A DNA stretch of 64,000 nt, from IMG/VR virus record IMGVR_UViG_3300027754_003435; one strand, written 5' to 3'. Source of the stretch: a virus. A program made the translations under genes and the position numbers. Below are positions 19,286-29,027 of the stretch, one piece after another; position 1 is the first letter of the stretch; each line of letters starts with the position of its first letter. The notes under the pieces were generated by a model. The model saw only the letters and a program-made list of their open reading frames with translations. It ran no database searches and was not told the origin of the DNA.

Positions 19286-19657
19286 TTACATCGAACCCAT
19301 AATAGCAGAATACTCTTTAGCATTCATACTTTTTTTAGCGAGTGCTGTCAATTCATCATATATACGATCTCTATATTTACTAATTTCACTTGGTAGAGAA
19401 CCTTCTACTTCATGAATATCATCAATTGCTTGCAACAAAAGTTGATGTTTTTTTGATTTTAAATGTTTTGCCAATTCACTCAATGTATCGGTATGTTGAT
19501 TATTATCTGTAAATTTTTCCATTTTATTCACAAGATTTCTTATTGGTGAAGAAACTTCTTCTTGAGCGGCTTCTTTTACCATCTTTGAAAATTTACTTGT
19601 TACTCTGTTTTGCAGTTCTCTGCCTTCATTAACTAAATCTCTCACTATATTCTCCAA
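19286..19657 (-). CDS. Hypothetical helical protein, paralog of 18052..18405
   Basis: See paralog; TTG start, uncertain. Confidence 0.6.
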   Translation of the reverse strand: MENIVRDLVNEGRELQNRVTSKFSKMVKEAAQEEVSSPIRNLVNKMEKFTDNNQHTDTLSELAKHLKSKKHQLLLQAIDDIHEVEGSLPSEISKYRDRIYDELTALAKKSMNAKEYSAIMGSM

Positions 19658-19699
19658 ATTAATTACTGTGATGTTTACATATACAATAACTATATAAAA

Positions 19700-21553
19700 T
19701 TATTTTATCTCACACGCACCACCTGCACACGCTAATTCACCAGACAAATCAGTATTGTCATCCATTTCTATAATTTTTGATAAATCAACATCGTGTAGTG
19801 TTTCTAGTAACTGATTATACTTTTCTTCTGAAATGTCTTCAAATGGTGCTTGAATATACGAGCCACCATCATAGTTAAGAACAGAAAGTCCGTTGAAATG
19901 TTCTTTGTTTTCCCACATCCAATTACCTACCGCATCCCATTCATGTTCACGAATAGAAACTGTTGCAGAAATATTATGAGTGTTCATACCAGTTCTATGT
20001 CCTGGTTTTATCCATTGTTGATTAAACAATTTTACTCTTTCTAATAATTGTAATGGTGATTCACTACGAAGAATCGATCCCTCTGGTGCTTTTTGTGGAA
20101 CACCAATTACCGCAGTATCATGTGGTCTGAAGTATTCATCTTCAACCAGCTCTGGATGATTGATTGCAAGATAAGAATAAATTGCTTCATTCTTTCCAAC
20201 ACGAACTCTACGTAAATAAAATTCATTATGCCATGCATGAATACCAGATGAACACCCAAGAGTTAAAGATGATGTACCTGCTGGTTTAATTGTTGTTGTA
20301 CGAGCAGATTTATTAATATCAAGTATGGAAGCAACTCTTTCATTTTCTTCTCTTGATACTTTAGCTGCTGCTTTTAAATCCAGTTTCGTTACTTTACCAG
20401 AACCAATACCTGTCATACCAACACCGAGTAGAGCATCTTTCTCAGTTGTTCTTTGCCAAATAGGGCGAAGATAATGGAAGTCTGTATAACCAGCTTGAAG
20501 TGTACCAATGAATGTAGCAGCACGTACTCTTGCTTCTAAATCTTCTTGGTCAGCAACATCTGATACATTTACTTCACAGAGGTTACAAAATTGGAAAGGA
20601 CGAAGTGCAATTTCACAACATGGATTTGTTCCCCAATCTTTATCGTTAGAAAGATAAATACCAGGTTCACCTGCGTTAGATAATTCTATTTTCTTCCAAA
20701 GTGATTTGAAGAATTCTTCAGATACTTTACTACGAAGAAGAACGGCAGAATTATTTGCTCTACCACGTTGCGGATCTAATTCCCACCAGTTTCCAAACTT
20801 ACATGAAATCATATCGTCATCATCTGCGGAGAAAAGAGAAATGAGAGCAGCACGACGAATACCACCTGCAAGAACTGCATCTGCAATATGGCAAACAATA
20901 TCATGTACTTCAATCGGTGAAAGTTGTTCACCATCGCCTTTCAAATCAAGAATAGCACGAATTTTTTCAATACAAATTTTAAGTGGTTCAGGACCAGGTG
21001 CTTTACCACCACTTGTAATTAAACGAGCACCTTTCTGACGAATATCTGAATAATCAAATCGAATAGAAGAACCACCTGTGAAATAAGACTTTAGTAGTGC
21101 CTTAACCGCATCAGCCCAACCTTCAATTGAATCACCAATAAGATAACGACGTTCTTTAGATTTTGGTTTATGAATAGGAGGAAGTTGTTCTACATGGTGC
21201 TTTTGAACTGAATAACCTACACCTGTACCGCCAAGTAAAAGAAACATTACTTCAGCAAATGCGCGCCAATCATCAATTGGTAAATACGCACAGTTGTAAA
21301 TTCTATTTGGTGAAATTTCAATTGGCTTACCACCAAATTGAAGTGAACGCATCGATGGAAGTACTTTTTTATCATAAACAAACTTATAGACATTTTCAAT
21401 TTCATCTACTAGTTTAGGGTATTTACGTTGGTGCATTTCTTTGTTTCTTGTTACTAACTCCGTCCAAGTTTCTCTTCTATTTACTTCTGGTAAGTAACGA
21501 GCATATTTCATATATACTGTTATCTCAGAAAGAATTCTATTGCTAATATTCAT
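19700..21553 (-). CDS. nrdJ: Class II (adenosylcobalamin-dependent) ribonucleotide reductase, monomeric type
   Basis: RIYNCA, TNPCCEI, CNLCEVN, TTIKPAGT, C-terminal CAGGAC; FDYSDIR.KG..L.TSGGKAPGP insert; no NrdB in the window. Confidence 0.9.
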   Translation of the reverse strand: MNISNRILSEITVYMKYARYLPEVNRRETWTELVTRNKEMHQRKYPKLVDEIENVYKFVYDKKVLPSMRSLQFGGKPIEISPNRIYNCAYLPIDDWRAFAEVMFLLLGGTGVGYSVQKHHVEQLPPIHKPKSKERRYLIGDSIEGWADAVKALLKSYFTGGSSIRFDYSDIRQKGARLITSGGKAPGPEPLKICIEKIRAILDLKGDGEQLSPIEVHDIVCHIADAVLAGGIRRAALISLFSADDDDMISCKFGNWWELDPQRGRANNSAVLLRSKVSEEFFKSLWKKIELSNAGEPGIYLSNDKDWGTNPCCEIALRPFQFCNLCEVNVSDVADQEDLEARVRAATFIGTLQAGYTDFHYLRPIWQRTTEKDALLGVGMTGIGSGKVTKLDLKAAAKVSREENERVASILDINKSARTTTIKPAGTSSLTLGCSSGIHAWHNEFYLRRVRVGKNEAIYSYLAINHPELVEDEYFRPHDTAVIGVPQKAPEGSILRSESPLQLLERVKLFNQQWIKPGHRTGMNTHNISATVSIREHEWDAVGNWMWENKEHFNGLSVLNYDGGSYIQAPFEDISEEKYNQLLETLHDVDLSKIIEMDDNTDLSGELACAGGACEIK

Positions 21554-21595
21554 TTATTTCTCCATCATTTTTTTTATTGAAAACGTCATTTTTAT

Positions 21596-21639
21596 TATAA
21601 AAATCAAAACCACATACGAATAAGTATATGGTTTTGATT
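21596..21639 (-). terminator. Long stem-loop / terminator
   Basis: 16-bp stem AATCAAAACCATATAC / GTATGTGGTTTTGATT (one G-U) followed by Ts. Confidence 0.6.
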
Positions 21640-21662
21640 AAAAAAATTGGGTTTTAATAAAA

Positions 21663-22265
21663 TTATTTCATAACCCATTTTTCACCGTCCCACCACTCAA
21701 AATTAGGTAATTCTGCTTTATAAGCAAACTCATCATACCACTCTGAAATATACACATACGGATAAGAGTGCTCTCTTAACTTATTTAAAAAGAAGTAGTG
21801 AACCATTGGTGTTATACCACTTTTATTCAATCTACCCCCAAATGAAGTAGATACATATGGTATATCATCAAACCATTGCAATATCGCAAAAACAGAATCG
21901 TCGAAGTAATAGATTTCATGTGGAAGTAAAACAGTATACGCTACCTCATCTAAGACTACGGCAGGATATAAATGCTTACAATTTTCCAATATCTGTTTGT
22001 AATCACCGTCAGTTGATACTTTTATTTTGTTCAACCTACGCCTTCTGTTACCAGAAATAGGAGCAATTTTTACTCTAGATGATCTTGACTGATACCATTT
22101 TCCATCACGGGTTGGCAACCAACCACTTTCAAACAATTCTTTATTAGATTCACCATCAGGAAAACAAAACAATTCACATAAAGTCGCGCCACTTTCTAAG
22201 TCATACTTACCGTTTACGTGACTTACCATTGTTTTCATTCTGTACTCTCGTTTGTGAATAATCAT
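21663..22265 (-). CDS. Aminoacyl-tRNA-protein transferase (ATE1/Bpt)-like GNAT protein
   Basis: LFESGW..R...WYQ.R resembles the ATE N-domain; YPYVYISEW...AYKA resembles the ATE C-terminal YxYLGYW..MxYK. Confidence 0.5.
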   Translation of the reverse strand: MIIHKREYRMKTMVSHVNGKYDLESGATLCELFCFPDGESNKELFESGWLPTRDGKWYQSRSSRVKIAPISGNRRRRLNKIKVSTDGDYKQILENCKHLYPAVVLDEVAYTVLLPHEIYYFDDSVFAILQWFDDIPYVSTSFGGRLNKSGITPMVHYFFLNKLREHSYPYVYISEWYDEFAYKAELPNFEWWDGEKWVMK

Positions 22266-22315
22266 GTATTATTCGTAACAACGAAACATGATAAAACGAT
22301 AGCATTGTATAAGTA

Positions 22316-23668
22316 TTAGAATCCTTCTAATTCTTTGAATTTTTGTGAAAGTGCTTTCTTTACATTCTTTTCCCCTTTCATAGTAACCGTTACAGTTTTA
22401 CCCATATCGGAGTTAGGTTCGTATATTTCTATATGGCCAGTCATTGTGTTTACCTTACTTGGAAATGTCATACCATCTGGACCAAACCTATTTTTAATAA
22501 TATGCCATCTACCTGTACCACCAACTTTATCATCTAACTTTCTTGATAGTGACATTACAAAGTCAGCAATCATCATTTTATTATATGATTCTGAAACCTT
22601 ACCACCTTCGATAACATCGTCTTCCAATGAAGAACGATTTGCTTGTGAAGCAGTCCAAATTGGAAGTTGATATAAACCTGCAATTCCTCTAAGGTCTTCG
22701 TAAATATCGTTTAACTCTAATCTCTTATCACCTGCTTTTGCGGGTTTAATCAAGTCTGCGTAATCAACAATAATCAAATCGGGTGGTTTGCCTTGACTAA
22801 TACATTTCTCTATATGAGAAGTGAGTGTGTTAATCGATGGAGTTTTTGTTGGATAATATTTAACAATCAATTCACCTTTTAAGTTCTCCATTGCTGATTT
22901 AATTTTTTCTTGTGCGTGTTCTTCGGCTAAGTTTTGAAAAGCAATCTTTGTGAAGTAAGCATCGAATCTTCTTGCAACATAATGTTGATTCAATTCAAGT
23001 GTATAATAAATAACACGTTTACCTGCTTTAACTGCATTTGCAGCAACACTTACTAAGCCCCATGACTTACCACCACCTGCTGGTGCAACTAGTACACCAA
23101 GTTCTCCTTCTGCTAACCCACCTGACATAATGTCATTTATAATATTCCAACCAGTTGGAACACACACTCTCGCACCTTCTGCATAGCGAGATATTACATC
23201 AATTTTATATTCATGTCCAATATCTTTGTCCGCTCCTGCTTTAAGTGCATTATCAATTTTCTTTTTAATCAAATCATACTTACCACTTCTTAACAAATCA
23301 ACTGATTCTAATATCGCTATTTTCATCTTTTGATTTTTACAAAATTCAAGTACAGTATTTTTAACATATTCATCATCTGAATTGTCTGTGTACTTTTTTA
23401 CTTGTTTAAGTGCATCAACTACCGTTGTTTTCAATATTTTATCTTCTACCACTAGTAATTCAGATTTGAATACATCTGATGTTGGTGGGCTTTTATATTT
23501 CTCATAATAAGAAATAATCTTCTCAACTAACCAAGAGTTTGCCTGTGATTCAAAATAAGTTGGATCTATAAGGTCTGACACTTGTTGTAAGAATTCTCTA
23601 TCTTTCAATAGTGAAATAATTACTTTTGTTTGAAACGTTTGACCGTATTGGGATAAATTATCCTGCAT
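22316..23668 (-). CDS. Replicative helicase (T4 gp41 / DnaB-like)
   Basis: APAGGGKS, YYTLEL, IIVDYADL, WTASQANR, IKNRFG. Confidence 0.95.
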   Translation of the reverse strand: MQDNLSQYGQTFQTKVIISLLKDREFLQQVSDLIDPTYFESQANSWLVEKIISYYEKYKSPPTSDVFKSELLVVEDKILKTTVVDALKQVKKYTDNSDDEYVKNTVLEFCKNQKMKIAILESVDLLRSGKYDLIKKKIDNALKAGADKDIGHEYKIDVISRYAEGARVCVPTGWNIINDIMSGGLAEGELGVLVAPAGGGKSWGLVSVAANAVKAGKRVIYYTLELNQHYVARRFDAYFTKIAFQNLAEEHAQEKIKSAMENLKGELIVKYYPTKTPSINTLTSHIEKCISQGKPPDLIIVDYADLIKPAKAGDKRLELNDIYEDLRGIAGLYQLPIWTASQANRSSLEDDVIEGGKVSESYNKMMIADFVMSLSRKLDDKVGGTGRWHIIKNRFGPDGMTFPSKVNTMTGHIEIYEPNSDMGKTVTVTMKGEKNVKKALSQKFKELEGF

Positions 23669-24701
23669 ATATATTCCGAATCGTATTTAGATTTCCAAAA
23701 TTTCTTTGTAACCAGTGTTCAAAATTAGGTATAGCAGTGTATAATTTATCTACTATAAATAATTTGTCCAATTCAATTTTATTTAGTTTTTGGATTTCAC
23801 CATCGACCATGCCACGTATAGATGATTTAAAACTTTGTGAAATATCAACATCGTGTAATTGCATAATCTTATAGTTAGTTTCTAATACACTAATGTTATT
23901 TTTGAGTTCATTGACTGCTTTAGATTTATTATCATACAATTTACAAAATTCTACGAACATATCTAAATCAATTTTTCTTTTTTCTGAAAGTATTGGGAAG
24001 TGTTTCAATATTGTTTTTTCACCAAACCCACTAATACCTTTAATGTTATCACTCTTATCGCCTAATAATGCTTTGAATAAAATAAAATTCTCACACCATA
24101 CTCCAGTTTCTTCTAATAGATTTTCTGGTGTATATAACTTTTTTTTCGTTGGTAAATACACAGAAACTTGTTCTGATACCAACTGTAAAAAATCTCTATC
24201 ATTCGATAATATAACAGATTTTTCTTTCAAATAAAAAGAAAGGTAGGCAATAACATCATCGGCCTCAATATTATCCATCGATATAATGGTTAATGGCAAA
24301 TTCTGTAAATAAGTAAACAGACGAAACAGTTGAAACCTCATAGACTTTTGTTCATCCTCAAGATTCTCAAAACCCGCAACCCTATTTAATTTAGATTTAT
24401 TTGCTCTACCTTCCTTGTAGTTTGAATATATTTTTTTTCTTCTTAGTGAACCACCCTTCCCGTCAAAGACCACAACAACCCGCGTGGGATTAACCATACG
24501 GACTGTTGCAGCGAGTGATTGGAGAAAACCAGAAAGACCACCGATATGTTGCCCATCCTCGTTAAGAGTAGGAATAGCTGAAAATGTTCTTATAAATAAG
24601 TTCATTCCATCTACAATCAAAACCTTACTATCACGGTGTAAATTACCTTGTAGTTCTTTCTCAGTTTCTATTTCTTGAAGTAGTTTCTGATACTTGTTCA
24701 T
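23658..24701 (-). CDS. 5'-3' exonuclease / flap endonuclease (T4 RNase H-like)
   Basis: LIVDGMN, VVFDG, YKEGR, EADDVIA, SNDRDFLQL, GDKSDNIKG. Confidence 0.93.
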   Translation of the reverse strand: MNKYQKLLQEIETEKELQGNLHRDSKVLIVDGMNLFIRTFSAIPTLNEDGQHIGGLSGFLQSLAATVRMVNPTRVVVVFDGKGGSLRRKKIYSNYKEGRANKSKLNRVAGFENLEDEQKSMRFQLFRLFTYLQNLPLTIISMDNIEADDVIAYLSFYLKEKSVILSNDRDFLQLVSEQVSVYLPTKKKLYTPENLLEETGVWCENFILFKALLGDKSDNIKGISGFGEKTILKHFPILSEKRKIDLDMFVEFCKLYDNKSKAVNELKNNISVLETNYKIMQLHDVDISQSFKSSIRGMVDGEIQKLNKIELDKLFIVDKLYTAIPNFEHWLQRNFGNLNTIRNIYAG

Positions 24702-25846
24702 TATAATTCGTCATCAATTGACTGATTTGAAATAATTACTTCATCAATACGAGCAGAGTCAAGTTGTTGGTATTTCATAATTACCTTTTCTGCAATTTCA
24801 TCATAAACCATTTCTTTTAATTTTGGATGATTCATAATTTTTTCAACAAAATCTTTCGATTGAAATTTAATAACTTCGCCCGTTTCTTTGTTTGTCCATG
24901 AATACCAAGCACCTGCTTGTGCAACAAGGTTATAATCTTTCATCGTGGTAAGCCAACTACTATAGTCATCTATGCCAGAATCAAAATAAATCTCGTATTC
25001 ACATTCTCGTAGTGGTGGACCAACTCTGTTCTTTACTAATTTAGCCTTTACTCTTGAACCAACGATTTCATCATGTCCTTCAACCTTTACTTTAATTGAA
25101 CCGATTGAAGAGAGACGAATACGAACGGAAGCATGAAACGGAAGTGCTTTACCACCGGGTGCTGTCCATTGATCTGAAAATGCAGGTGCATTTAGTTTTT
25201 GACGAAGTTGATTTGTGATAATAAGACAAATGCGTTCTCTACCGATTAAATTTGTTATTTTTCTCATTGCCTTTGAAATGATAAGTGCCTTTGCAGTAGC
25301 ATAACCATCTTTATCAAAATCTGCAGCCATCTCTGTTTTAGTAGATGCACCGGCAATAGAATCAATAACTATTGTAACCAATTTATTTTTATCGGAAGAA
25401 CGAACCTTCTCAATAATAACCTCAACCGCTTCAAACACATCTTCCATTGTATCCAATGGAATGTAGAGCATGTCTTTAAGGTTCAAACCAATTGCGGTTA
25501 GATATTCAGTAGAGATAGCATTTTCTGTGTCTATGTAAACTGCAAGTCCACCTTTTCTCTGAGTGTTTAGTAGAGCATGTGCTGCTAATAGAGATTTACC
25601 TGATTGTTCTAATCCTGTTATTTCACACACTCTACCTACTGGAAATCCACCATTCTTACGATTTGAAATTGCCAAATCAAGAATTGTTGAGCCAGTACCA
25701 ACCCATTCTTTTACAATCGTGGGTGCATCACTATCACCCTCAAGAAAATAAGCGGTTTTAAAATGCTGTTCTTTGAACTTTTTATTTATTGTTTCTGCAA
25801 TAACTCCACCGAGTTCATCGGATAAGTCACTCTTTGATTTTGCCAT
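24701..25846 (-). CDS. uvsX: RecA/UvsX recombinase
   Basis: GLEQSGKS, YIDTENA, IVIDSIA, TNQLR, PGGKALPFHASVRI, KNRVGPP. Confidence 0.93.
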   Translation of the reverse strand: MAKSKSDLSDELGGVIAETINKKFKEQHFKTAYFLEGDSDAPTIVKEWVGTGSTILDLAISNRKNGGFPVGRVCEITGLEQSGKSLLAAHALLNTQRKGGLAVYIDTENAISTEYLTAIGLNLKDMLYIPLDTMEDVFEAVEVIIEKVRSSDKNKLVTIVIDSIAGASTKTEMAADFDKDGYATAKALIISKAMRKITNLIGRERICLIITNQLRQKLNAPAFSDQWTAPGGKALPFHASVRIRLSSIGSIKVKVEGHDEIVGSRVKAKLVKNRVGPPLRECEYEIYFDSGIDDYSSWLTTMKDYNLVAQAGAWYSWTNKETGEVIKFQSKDFVEKIMNHPKLKEMVYDEIAEKVIMKYQQLDSARIDEVIISNQSIDDEL

Positions 25847-25860
25847 AACGTATATCCCTA

Positions 25861-26631
25861 TTAAAATAAGTCATCGAAAGAAGAAGCAACTGTTGAAGAA
25901 GTTACCGCTTTTGTATGTTCTTCTGAATTACTGGTTTTACCCTGTGTGTTGTTTGTAGAACTTTTTACAACGTCTTCGTGTGTAGTTCCCATCCAAGTTT
26001 GTAATTGTGATTTTAATTCATCATAAGTTGGCTCTGGATAAAGTTCATTGATTTTTGGTTGCTGTTTAACTTTCTCAAGAACCGCAGGATTTTCTGTAAG
26101 TGGTGTTTGTTTTGGTTTAACACGAATAGATGTTTCTGCATACGACTTACCGATTTCTTCTGCTGACTTAACAGTAACTACAATATCACGCCCATTTTTA
26201 GGATCGGATAAATCACCGTAATCTTCATCAGCAAAAAATGTTAAAAGTTCTTCATAAATCATTTTACCAAATCCCCAAAACTTTACACCCTCGGATTCTT
26301 GCCCACGGATAATAACTGGTAAATATGTTCTCATTTTTGGTTCGAGCTTTCTTCCCATTAGCCAATCTTCTTTGTCACCTGTTTGTTTTAACTTCTCAGC
26401 AAACTCAAGAATAGGGTCAGGGCGACCATATGTTACAGGAGAAAGAATAGACCGCTTTCCTATGTTGTAATGAAAGTAAAGGTCAATGAATGGATTTTCT
26501 AAGTTGTGAACATAAGGAACAATTCTAATTTGATGTTCACCTGGTTCTGGTTTCCAAATGTTTGAAACACGATTGTTTGTGTTTTTTAATGAAGACAAAC
26601 GATTTTTAATTGCATCAAGATTGATAGCCAT
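25861..26631 (-). CDS. Single-stranded DNA-binding protein (gp32-like)
   Basis: WKP..GEHQIRIVP, KFWGFGK, D..DPKNGRDI, acidic tail FDDLF. Confidence 0.8.
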   Translation of the reverse strand: MAINLDAIKNRLSSLKNTNNRVSNIWKPEPGEHQIRIVPYVHNLENPFIDLYFHYNIGKRSILSPVTYGRPDPILEFAEKLKQTGDKEDWLMGRKLEPKMRTYLPVIIRGQESEGVKFWGFGKMIYEELLTFFADEDYGDLSDPKNGRDIVVTVKSAEEIGKSYAETSIRVKPKQTPLTENPAVLEKVKQQPKINELYPEPTYDELKSQLQTWMGTTHEDVVKSSTNNTQGKTSNSEEHTKAVTSSTVASSFDDLF

Positions 26632-26691
26632 GATGTAACTCCTTAATAAATAATAAATAATGTTGAACTCATATCGTTCAATATGTTAGTA

Positions 26692-26723
26692 CAAATATAA
26701 TGTTTTAATGTTTAATATTCAAA
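26692..26723 (-). promoter_or_regulatory. Consensus Bacteroidota sigma-A promoter TTTG-N20-TATATTTG
   Basis: Exact -33 TTTG and -7 TAnnTTTG upstream of the SSB-RecA-exonuclease-helicase operon. Confidence 0.75.
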
Positions 26724-26730
26724 TCTTATG

Positions 26731-26760
26731 TAAAATAAACATGGGGACAAAATGTCCCCA
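26731..26760 (-). terminator. Rho-independent terminator
   Basis: TGGGGACA-TTT-TGTCCCCA followed by a T-rich tail. Confidence 0.7.
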
Positions 26761-26843
26761 GTGATTTTATTTATTTCTGTTGTTATACCGTAATAGTTCT
26801 TTGAATCGATTAGTTAATTTAATAATGTTATGTAAAATAATAT

Positions 26844-27995
26844 TTACTTGACTAATGATTTAAGATGAGCCTTTACTGCCTTTGCTGTATCTCCTCTCCA
26901 TGCAGAAGCATTAGAAAGAAAATAAAGAACAATAGTTTTAGCATCATCTGCACCATATCTATCTGATATATTAGTAAGCTTACTCATTGCATCAAGATAC
27001 GGTTTAGCACCGAAATAAACATTCTTCCAATCTTTCCTAATAAGGGCTGCAATGTCATGCAATGGAGTTTCTTTAGTTAATTTTGGGGTTAGCATCTGAG
27101 TTCTAATTATTTCTTTGATTTTCTTACGTAGTTTGTTCTTCAATCGCTCATTTACATTAGACTCTAGTATCTTTACTTGTAATATATCTTTTTTATCTAT
27201 GGTATCTCCATTGAAAACAAAATTGCCATACATCTTGGCAACTGAACCGTTGATTCCTTTTTTGGTCTTGGTATCTATTGATAATTTTTTATTCATTCTA
27301 TTAAAATAACTCAACATATCATAATCTAGATCCTTAGCACCTACTATTTCTCCTGGACCTGGAAAGTTTTCATTCGTAGGTTGAATTTTATTTTTCAATC
27401 GCTCATTTACTTTCCCTTCTACTTTTGGAGCTTCAATTGGTTTTACTGGTTCTTTCTTGGGTTCTTCCTTCGGTTCTGCTTTTGGTTTTTCTTCTTCTGG
27501 AGACTGAACCGATAATTTTAATTCAGAATCAATTTCCCCTGCAATGTTATTAGCAACATTATTAATTACATTTACAAATTTTTCAATTAATTCTGCATCG
27601 CCATCAGTAAGTCTTTTACGAATAAACAATCCAATTTTATCAATGATTTTCTGAATATCTTTTTCCCTTTGTTCTTTTTCTGCTTCGGGTAACGGTGTTG
27701 ACTTTAATGCGTTCAATGATTTGTATAATACTTTTAATGCAACCATATCAGAAAAACGAGAACCGAGAGCCATCAACTTTTCTTTGGATTCACCGTACTT
27801 ATCATTTAATGAAATTTTTGAAAACCATTTTTTAATAATAGCAGAGTTTGTTGATGGAAACATACTTTTTATTAAACCACGTTTATTCTCTAAAACATTT
27901 GAAGCATCAACTAATACTGAATATCCAAGTGGACTAATTGCTCCCGCTGATATTGCTTCTTTTAATTGCTTTTTATTGCTTCTGTGTTTTTTCAT
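26844..27995 (-). CDS. Modular hypothetical protein (possible head protein)
   Basis: Pro/Glu linker, duplicated VNERLKNK, C-terminal IRKDWKNVYFGAKPYLDAM...WRG domain resembling standalone small phage proteins. Confidence 0.7.
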   Translation of the reverse strand: MKKHRSNKKQLKEAISAGAISPLGYSVLVDASNVLENKRGLIKSMFPSTNSAIIKKWFSKISLNDKYGESKEKLMALGSRFSDMVALKVLYKSLNALKSTPLPEAEKEQREKDIQKIIDKIGLFIRKRLTDGDAELIEKFVNVINNVANNIAGEIDSELKLSVQSPEEEKPKAEPKEEPKKEPVKPIEAPKVEGKVNERLKNKIQPTNENFPGPGEIVGAKDLDYDMLSYFNRMNKKLSIDTKTKKGINGSVAKMYGNFVFNGDTIDKKDILQVKILESNVNERLKNKLRKKIKEIIRTQMLTPKLTKETPLHDIAALIRKDWKNVYFGAKPYLDAMSKLTNISDRYGADDAKTIVLYFLSNASAWRGDTAKAVKAHLKSLVK

Positions 27996-28002
27996 TAATA
28001 TC

Positions 28003-28329
28003 TCACGGTAATAAGGTTATTTTATTTTGATTTTGAACTATATACAAACTTATACTTGTTTTCTTGTTAAAAAAGTGAAGTTTGTTACCTATTGGTTTTC
28101 TATATATATACCCCATTTCTTTTAGGGCATCAACTACCTCATGTTCTTTGTATCCATCAACACCTATAACATTATCAGGCAGTATAGTGATATTAGAGAG
28201 TTTATTTTTTAACTGTGTAAATATAGAATCAAACCCACTACTTTCTGTGAGTTGTGAAATTTCACGTAGTTTTTTAACTACTTCTTTTAATACAGTTTCT
28301 ACTATGTCAGTGCTTTTATTTTTTTTCAT
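28003..28329 (-). CDS. Hypothetical protein
   Basis: 108-aa ORF after the late-type motif. Confidence 0.6.
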   Translation of the reverse strand: MKKNKSTDIVETVLKEVVKKLREISQLTESSGFDSIFTQLKNKLSNITILPDNVIGVDGYKEHEVVDALKEMGYIYRKPIGNKLHFFNKKTSISLYIVQNQNKITLLP

Positions 28330-28355
28330 GATTAATTTAATTTAGTATAATAATA

Positions 28356-28363
28356 TATAAATA
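28356..28363 (-). promoter_or_regulatory. Putative late promoter motif TATTTATA
   Basis: About 26 nt upstream of 28329. Confidence 0.4.
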
Positions 28364-28378
28364 TAGTATAAATTTAAT

Positions 28379-28768
28379 TTATAATGTATAAACGTTAACT
28401 AATATTATTTTTACAACACGAAATCCATCACGGTTTTTTAACAAAGCGCAATTTCTGTATCTCTCCCATTCAATTGGATATTTTTTATCCAATACACCAT
28501 TATTTAGATTCATAATAAGTTCGTTCAACGCGTTTATCGTGTAGATAGTGTTGGTTTCTTTTTTCTGATGAACCATAATAGAATTCGGTAAAAATTTCTT
28601 ATATGTATCCATTACTATATTATATGATAATATAGAATCCTCTTTTGTGTCAAATGACTTAAATAAGAAGACTTTATTATTTAATATAGAAAAGTTTTCT
28701 TTTATACTTTGTAAAGTATCATTTATTTGATACTTTCTCGTGAAAGTGCATACCAGTTGTGTTTTCAA
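28379..28768 (-). CDS. Conserved hypothetical phage protein
   Basis: TQLVCTFT, HQKKETNTIYTINALN; TTG start with GAGG upstream. Confidence 0.65.
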   Translation of the reverse strand: MKTQLVCTFTRKYQINDTLQSIKENFSILNNKVFLFKSFDTKEDSILSYNIVMDTYKKFLPNSIMVHQKKETNTIYTINALNELIMNLNNGVLDKKYPIEWERYRNCALLKNRDGFRVVKIILVNVYTL

Positions 28769-28785
28769 TACCTCTCTCTAATGTA

Positions 28786-28983
28786 CTAATAAAAATTATC
28801 GTCAGAACTTAAATCAACTCCCAATAATACTTTAATCATACCATCTATGAGCTCGTCATCATCTATATTTCTATGAAGTATTTCAGTAAGTACTAATCTC
28901 TGTTCTTCATTATTAACGTCAGGAATTTCAACCTTCGTAATATCACTCCACTCCTGCGCTATTTTTAAAAAATCAATTTCCAT
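28786..28983 (-). CDS. Small acidic hypothetical protein
   Basis: AGGAG upstream. Confidence 0.6.
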   Translation of the reverse strand: MEIDFLKIAQEWSDITKVEIPDVNNEEQRLVLTEILHRNIDDDELIDGMIKVLLGVDLSSDDNFY

Positions 28984-29015
28984 AAAACACTCCTATGATT
29001 CTGTTATCAACTAAT

Positions 29016-29023
29016 ATAAATAT
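29016..29023 (-). promoter_or_regulatory. Putative late promoter motif TATTTATA
   Basis: About 32 nt upstream of 28983. Confidence 0.4.
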
Positions 29024-29027
29024 CAAA

